A stretch of DNA of 64,000 nt from positions 192,001 through 256,000 of the forward strand of contig CANJVR010000004.1 in assembly GCA_947478395.1 (NCBI GenBank). The letters are read 5' to 3'. Below are positions 58,749 to 64,000 of the stretch, in pieces. The notes beneath the pieces were generated by a model. It was given only the letters and a program-made list of their open reading frames with translations. It searched no databases and was not told where the DNA came from. Source of the stretch: Opitutia bacterium (GTDB lineage Bacteria; Verrucomicrobiota; Verrucomicrobiia; Opitutales; Opitutaceae). Both the position numbers and the translations under genes were made by a program. Within the stretch, counting starts at the first letter, position 1; each line of letters opens with the position of its first letter.

Positions 58749-61292
58749 ATGAAACTGACCTTTCGCCACACCGCTCTCTGGTTCGCGCTCACCGCAGCTT
58801 GCGCTCAGGCGGCCGAATCGGCCGCGCAGGAGACATTTTCCCATTTCGCGAGCAAGTATTGTCTGAAGTGTCACGATGTCGCGACGCAGAAGGGCGATCG
58901 CGAGTTCGAGAGCTTCAAGTTCCCGCTGGGTACCGCGGCGGAGCTGATCGCCGCCAAGGATATCGTTGACCAGCTCACCCTCGGGGAAATGCCTCCGGCG
59001 AAGGAGAAGGTGCAGCCGACCGAGGCCGAGCGGCTCGCCGTCATCCGTGCCCTGCGCCAGGGCATCGCGTCCGCACGTGGGAAGATCGAGAGCAGCGGCG
59101 CGCGCACCGTCATGCGGCGCCTGTCGAATCGCGAGTACGAGGCCACGATCGCCACGCTCTTTGGCCGCCGGGTGGACACGCTCGGCCTCACGGCCGAATT
59201 TCCGAAGGAGAAAGCGAGCGAGCACATCGACACCGTCGGAAAGTCGCTCATCACGTCCGGCTTCCTGCTGGATCAGTATTTCCAGTCCGCCAACCGTCTG
59301 GTCGAGGCGCGTTTGGGCAAGCCCGCGATGGAGCCGAAGTCCTGGCTCTTCAACAGCAACTTCCGGCAGTATGAGGAGCTGGCAGGGCCGAATCGCGCCG
59401 CCTTCGACAACCGCTATCTCTGCATCTACGAGCAGCCCAATAGCGACACGCGCCAGGGCAGCTACGGGCACATCGAGGATTTTCTGCAGGGCGTGCCGGT
59501 CGCCGGGCTCTACGATATCGACATCGAGGCGTTGGCGATGAATCGCGACACGCATTACGACCCGGCTATCTTCGGCATCGATTTTTCCGAGCCCTTCATC
59601 CTCGGCGTCGTGACGGGCGACGCTAGCAAGAACCACATCCACTATCCCCAGGCGATCGAGCCGATCCTCGGGCAGGGTGTGGTGCCCGACGACAAGCCGG
59701 GCAGGCTCAAGTTTCGCATTTGGCTCGAGGCCGGGCAGACGCCCCGCTTCATCTTCCCCAACGGGCCCTACGAGTCGCGCGCCGCCGTCCTTCAGGTCAA
59801 CAAGCGCTACGCCTCCGACTTCGGCGGTAAATTCGCCAAGGCAGGCGTCGTCCGCACGCACCTCATCTCGGAGGGCGGTAAGCTCCCGTTTATCCGCATC
59901 AGCGAAATCAAGCTCGACGGCCCGGTCTCCGAGCCGAGCGGCACCGCGGAGGAGATTGCGGTGTTTGGTCCGGGCGGTTTCCAGCCGGCGAAAGCGCTCG
60001 ACCAGCTCTACGCCTTCGGCGCCCGTGCCTACCGGCGCCCGCTGACGGCAGCCGACCGCGTCACGATCAAGAAGGTCTATGAGCTGCGAGTCGCCGAAAA
60101 GGCCACGCCACGCCAGGCGGCCCTCGACACCCTGAAGATGATCCTGTGCTCGCCGTCGTTTCTGTATTTCGCGGAAATCACCGAAGAGAACAAGCCGCAG
60201 CTCGCGCCCTACGATCTCGCCTCGCGCCTCGCCTACGCACTTTGGGGAGCTCCGCCCGACGAGCCATTGCTCGCCGCCGCCGCCTCGAAGAAATTGACTG
60301 CGCCCGCGGAGCTCAAGAAGCAGGCCACGCGCATGCTGGCCGACGAGCGCGCGACCGGCTTCGTCAACGCCTTTCTCGATAGCTGGCTGAATCTGCGCGA
60401 TCTCGGTAGCCAGCCCCCGGCCCGGGAAGCGGCGCGGGTCTACTACGCCGAAAACCTCCCCGAGGCGATGAAGACGGAGGTGCGCCTGTTCTTCCGCGAT
60501 CTCGTGGCCACCAATGGCTCGGTGCAGCGTTTTCTCGATGCCGATTACACCTTCGTCGATAAGCGGCTAGCCAGGCTCTACAATCTGCCCGAGGCGAAAA
60601 CCATGCGCATCGCTGATGGCTTCCAGCGCGTGAATATCGCGGGCAATCGCCAGCGCGGCGGCCTGCTTGGCATGGGTGCCGTGCTCACCGTCAGCGCCAA
60701 CGGCGTCGAGACCTCCCCCGTCACGCGCGGCGTCTGGGTTTCGGAAAATATCCTCGGCATCAAGCCGCCCCCGCCGCCCGACGTCGTGCCCGCCATCGAA
60801 ACCGACCTCACCGGCGCCACGACCCTCCGCGAGCGCCTCGCCAAGCACCGGGCCGACCCCGCCTGCGCCGAGTGCCATCGCAAGATCGACCCGCTCGGCT
60901 TTGGCCTGGAGACCTTCGATCCTATCGGTCGCTGGCGCGACACCTACGCCAAGTTCAAGGACCCCACCACGCGGCTCCGGGAAGCGGAGGAGGCGGAGGA
61001 AGTGGCCAAGGGGGAACCGCCCGCCCTCACGATCGATCCCCACGGCGAGTTCGCGTCCGGCGAGACCTACGCCGACTTCAACGACCTCAAGCGCATCCTC
61101 GCCACGAGTCGGACAGACGTTTTTACCCGCCACCTCATCGAGCAGTTTCTCAGCTACGCCGCCGGCCGCCACATGGAGCCGATTGACGAATTCGTGATCG
61201 AAGACATTTTTCAGGCGGTGAAAAAAGACGGCTACGGCCTCCGGACGCTCATCGTTGAGTCACTCGCCAGCGAGATTGTCCGGTCGCGGTAA
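58749..61292 (+). CDS. DUF1592-family (PSD/PSCyt) c-type cytochrome domain protein
   Basis: CLKCH, EMPP, RRLSNREYEATI, AYRRPL, LASRLAYALW, TSPVTRGVWV, CAECHRKIDPLGFGLE. Confidence 0.9.
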   Translation: MKLTFRHTALWFALTAACAQAAESAAQETFSHFASKYCLKCHDVATQKGDREFESFKFPLGTAAELIAAKDIVDQLTLGEMPPAKEKVQPTEAERLAVIRALRQGIASARGKIESSGARTVMRRLSNREYEATIATLFGRRVDTLGLTAEFPKEKASEHIDTVGKSLITSGFLLDQYFQSANRLVEARLGKPAMEPKSWLFNSNFRQYEELAGPNRAAFDNRYLCIYEQPNSDTRQGSYGHIEDFLQGVPVAGLYDIDIEALAMNRDTHYDPAIFGIDFSEPFILGVVTGDASKNHIHYPQAIEPILGQGVVPDDKPGRLKFRIWLEAGQTPRFIFPNGPYESRAAVLQVNKRYASDFGGKFAKAGVVRTHLISEGGKLPFIRISEIKLDGPVSEPSGTAEEIAVFGPGGFQPAKALDQLYAFGARAYRRPLTAADRVTIKKVYELRVAEKATPRQAALDTLKMILCSPSFLYFAEITEENKPQLAPYDLASRLAYALWGAPPDEPLLAAAASKKLTAPAELKKQATRMLADERATGFVNAFLDSWLNLRDLGSQPPAREAARVYYAENLPEAMKTEVRLFFRDLVATNGSVQRFLDADYTFVDKRLARLYNLPEAKTMRIADGFQRVNIAGNRQRGGLLGMGAVLTVSANGVETSPVTRGVWVSENILGIKPPPPPDVVPAIETDLTGATTLRERLAKHRADPACAECHRKIDPLGFGLETFDPIGRWRDTYAKFKDPTTRLREAEEAEEVAKGEPPALTIDPHGEFASGETYADFNDLKRILATSRTDVFTRHLIEQFLSYAAGRHMEPIDEFVIEDIFQAVKKDGYGLRTLIVESLASEIVRSR

Positions 61293-61983
61293 TTGAGGGC
61301 AAAACGCGACCGGCGCGTCGCGTCCCCAGTTTTATAGATCGGTTGCCGACGGGTGCCCGATCGGGAGCGCCGCCGCCCTCGTCGCTGTGGTCCGTGGTTT
61401 ATGATGCCGCCCGTTTGCCGCAATCCGAGCGGGTCGGGCGGCGAGAGCTGGAGTTTCGGCCTTCGTTCGCTCGCGTGGGTTCTCGGGATGAGAACGCGCG
61501 ACAATAGCCTGGTTAAAAATAAACGATTCGCGGTCTGACGCCGTGCAGGCCGACAGCTCTCCGACCCGCGGGTTTGGCGGCACCGGCTGCCGGCGGGCGA
61601 TATTCGGCCTGGTGGTCGATGGGATGGTAGGCATCCTCGGCGTCACCAGTGTGCCAGGCGGGGGGCTCGACCTTTGGCCTCGCCTGAGAATGGAGATGGA
61701 CCCGGATATTTATGCCGGCATTTCCCGCCTCGAAGCAGCCCACGGGGCGCGCCCGCCAGAGGTCGCAGCGGCAAAGCGGGTGGGAGAGCCGGCGGACGCT
61801 AGACCCTCCGTCCTGAAGGGACTCCACTCGACGAGGTTCAGGGCCCAAGCGTGATTCGGAAGGGTATCGGTGTTGGGCCTGAGCCGGGGGGCGTTTCGGA
61901 TCGCGGGCTGAAGCTTTTGCACTCCACCCATCTCGCGCATTTCTCCTTTGCCCCGCCGTGTCTTTGCGCGAACTTACCGTTTC

Positions 61984-62904
61984 ATGTCCGCTGCACCCAT
62001 TCGCTACTACGACCGCTATTCGCGCACGCTGAAAACCGAGCAGATTTACGGCGAGGGCTGGCTCCGGTTTGCCTACGAAAATCCGGCGGGCCGGTTCTTC
62101 GTCTGGCTGCTTGCGAAGCGGGCGTGGTTTTCCCGGTGGTACGGACGGAAAATGACCAAGCGCGTGAGCGCGCTGGAGATCATTCCGTTCATCGCGAAGT
62201 ACAACCTCGACGTGGACGAGTTCGCGAAGTCGCCCTTCGACTTCAAGACGTTCAACGAGTTTTTCTATCGTGCGCTCAAGCCCACCGCCCGGCCCATCGC
62301 ACCCGGAGATCGGGTGGCGGTGTTTCCGGCCGATGGCCGGCATCTCGTGTTTCCGAACGTGGAAACGGTCGAGGGATTTTACGTCAAAGGGATGACATTT
62401 ACCCTGGCCGAACTTTTGGGTGAGGACGGGCTGCCGCCCGATGAGCAGAAACTCGCCCGCCAGTTTGCCGGCGGAGCGATGCTCATCTCGCGACTCTGCC
62501 CCGTGGACTACCATCGATTTCATTTCACCACGGGAGGAACGCCCGGCCCGGCGGGCCTGATCAACGGTTGTTTGTTTTCCGTCAGCCCGATCGCGCTGCG
62601 GCGCAACATCCGCTACCTCATCGAAAATAAACGCGAACTCACGGTCCTTGCTTCGCCCGTTTTCGGCGACGTGGCCTTGCTCGAAGTCGGCGCGACGAAC
62701 GTCGGTAGCATTGTGCAGAGTTTTATTTTGGGGCGCGAGATGAAGAAGGGCGACGAGAAGGGCCTCTTCGCCTTCGGCGGTTCGTGTGTGATCACGTTGT
62801 TTCAACGCGATCGTATTGTCTTCGACGCCGACGTCGTTGCGCAGAGTGCGCAATTCATCGAGACCTACGCGCGCATGGGCGACCGCCTCGGCGAAGCGGT
62901 TTAG
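61984..62904 (+). CDS. psd: Phosphatidylserine decarboxylase proenzyme
   Basis: FKTFNEFFYRALK, PADG, RLCPVDYHRFH, EVGATNVGSI, KGDEKGLFAFGGS (self-cleavage GS). Confidence 0.92.
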   Translation: MSAAPIRYYDRYSRTLKTEQIYGEGWLRFAYENPAGRFFVWLLAKRAWFSRWYGRKMTKRVSALEIIPFIAKYNLDVDEFAKSPFDFKTFNEFFYRALKPTARPIAPGDRVAVFPADGRHLVFPNVETVEGFYVKGMTFTLAELLGEDGLPPDEQKLARQFAGGAMLISRLCPVDYHRFHFTTGGTPGPAGLINGCLFSVSPIALRRNIRYLIENKRELTVLASPVFGDVALLEVGATNVGSIVQSFILGREMKKGDEKGLFAFGGSCVITLFQRDRIVFDADVVAQSAQFIETYARMGDRLGEAV

Positions 62905-63185
62905 AAAACCGCGATCCACGCCGGAAAAACCGGCTCTTAATCCCGAAACCTTGAAATCGCTTCAGCGAGAGCTCGCCCTCAAACCGGAGTTGGCGCTCAA
63001 GCGACTGGGCCTAAAGTCGCCAGTCCAGTCGGCCCGCTCGATTCTTGCCTTGCCGCGTCAACTGCGTTTCGGTCCCCCGCTGATGCGAGGCTCCAGCATT
63101 CCCCGCCGGATTTTTTTCTCTTTGGCCTTGGATGATTTTTATTTGTCGGCCGACGCTGGGTCGGAAGAACGGCCGCTCTAGTACG

Positions 63186-64000
63186 ATGCCTCGCTCTCGA
63201 TTTTTTCGACTGTGGCCGATCGCGGTCGTGTGCTTCATCGCTGGCGTCACGGCGAGAAGTCAGTCCGTTCCCTCGCAGTCCGCTTGGACGAACCGCGTCT
63301 GGCAGGTCAACGACGGACTCCCCGATAATCGTGTCACGGGCGCCGTGCAGTCGTCCGACGGATACCTTTGGGTGGCCACGCGCGGCGGACTGGTACGCTT
63401 CAATGGTTTAACGTTTGAGAAATTCGATCTCACGGCGGTGGAGGGAGTAATCGGAAACGGAGTCAGGGTTATGTTTGCCGATACCGCCGGTAATCTGTGG
63501 GTGGGCGGCTATCGCGAAAAAATCATGCGGGTGAGCGGAGATTCCGTGCAGATGTATAGCGCCGCAGACGGCATGCCGACGGCTCAATTTTCTGCCTTTG
63601 CCGATGATGGAAAGGGGGGCGTCTGGCTCGCGTTCGGTAGTCACCTCTGTGCCCTCGAAGGCGGGCGCCTCCGGGAAATAACGTTGCCCGAAAGTCAGGG
63701 TGCGAACGGTGCTGTGGCACTGGCGTGCGATACTCAAGGCCGGGTCTGGTGCGCGCGCTACGGGCACGTGGGAATTCTTGCGGGTGGCCAATTCGAGGAA
63801 CGTTTTCGCCTCGAGGATGCGGAGGTGGAATTAACGGCCGCGCGCGGTGGTGGCCTGTGGGCCTGTGTGGGATCGCGGATTTTTCGGCTTCGCGACGATG
63901 CGCCCGCTTTGGCGAGCGCCGATCTTCCGCTTGAAATCCACGTTTTGTCTTTGTTGGAGGATCGGGCCGGCGGACTTTGGATCGGCACGGCCTCTAACGG
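63186..64000 (+). CDS. Beta-propeller (Reg_prop) periplasmic sensor, probably the N-terminus of a histidine kinase (truncated)
   Basis: Not in the ORF track. Manual translation: MPRSRFFRLW..., WQVNDGLPDNRVTGAVQSSDGYLWVATRGGLVRFNG, DTAGNLWVG, EDRAGGLWIGT repeats. Confidence 0.85.
   Translation, partial: MPRSRFFRLWPIAVVCFIAGVTARSQSVPSQSAWTNRVWQVNDGLPDNRVTGAVQSSDGYLWVATRGGLVRFNGLTFEKFDLTAVEGVIGNGVRVMFADTAGNLWVGGYREKIMRVSGDSVQMYSAADGMPTAQFSAFADDGKGGVWLAFGSHLCALEGGRLREITLPESQGANGAVALACDTQGRVWCARYGHVGILAGGQFEERFRLEDAEVELTAARGGGLWACVGSRIFRLRDDAPALASADLPLEIHVLSLLEDRAGGLWIGTASN

Overview
GC-rich bacterial chromosomal window. Gene content (FecI/FecR/TonB modules, DUF1552/DUF1592 pairs, propeller-type sensor kinase, GTAG-REP repeats) suggests Verrucomicrobiota, probably Opitutaceae; this is inference. 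No rRNA, tRNA, CRISPR array, integrase or transposase was recognised. The most notable region is 1-19.6 kb, a candidate thiol-redox/protease/uptake locus. It holds DsbD, a divergent cysteine-synthase-family enzyme, a GAF-LuxR regulator with a shared 21-bp box before both flanking genes, and two related TonB-dependent receptors (one under ECF sigma/FecR control). It also holds two paralogous TlpA redoxins, a five-domain thioredoxin-like protein with alternating active and Cys-less domains, and a legumain/caspase-fold (clan CD) lipoprotein. The rest of the window contains housekeeping or metabolic genes (ABC-F, EamA, deoxyhypusine synthase-like, YyaL, slyX, amidase, clpB, psd) and an L-lyxonate-type sugar-acid catabolic operon with a GntR-type operator. 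There is also a type III restriction-modification islet with a low-GC recognition-domain patch, an orphan sugar-binding protein, two divergent DUF1552/DUF1592 cytochrome modules, a decayed response-regulator pseudogene and several REP-like repeat families. All calls come from motif recognition by eye; no database searches were run.
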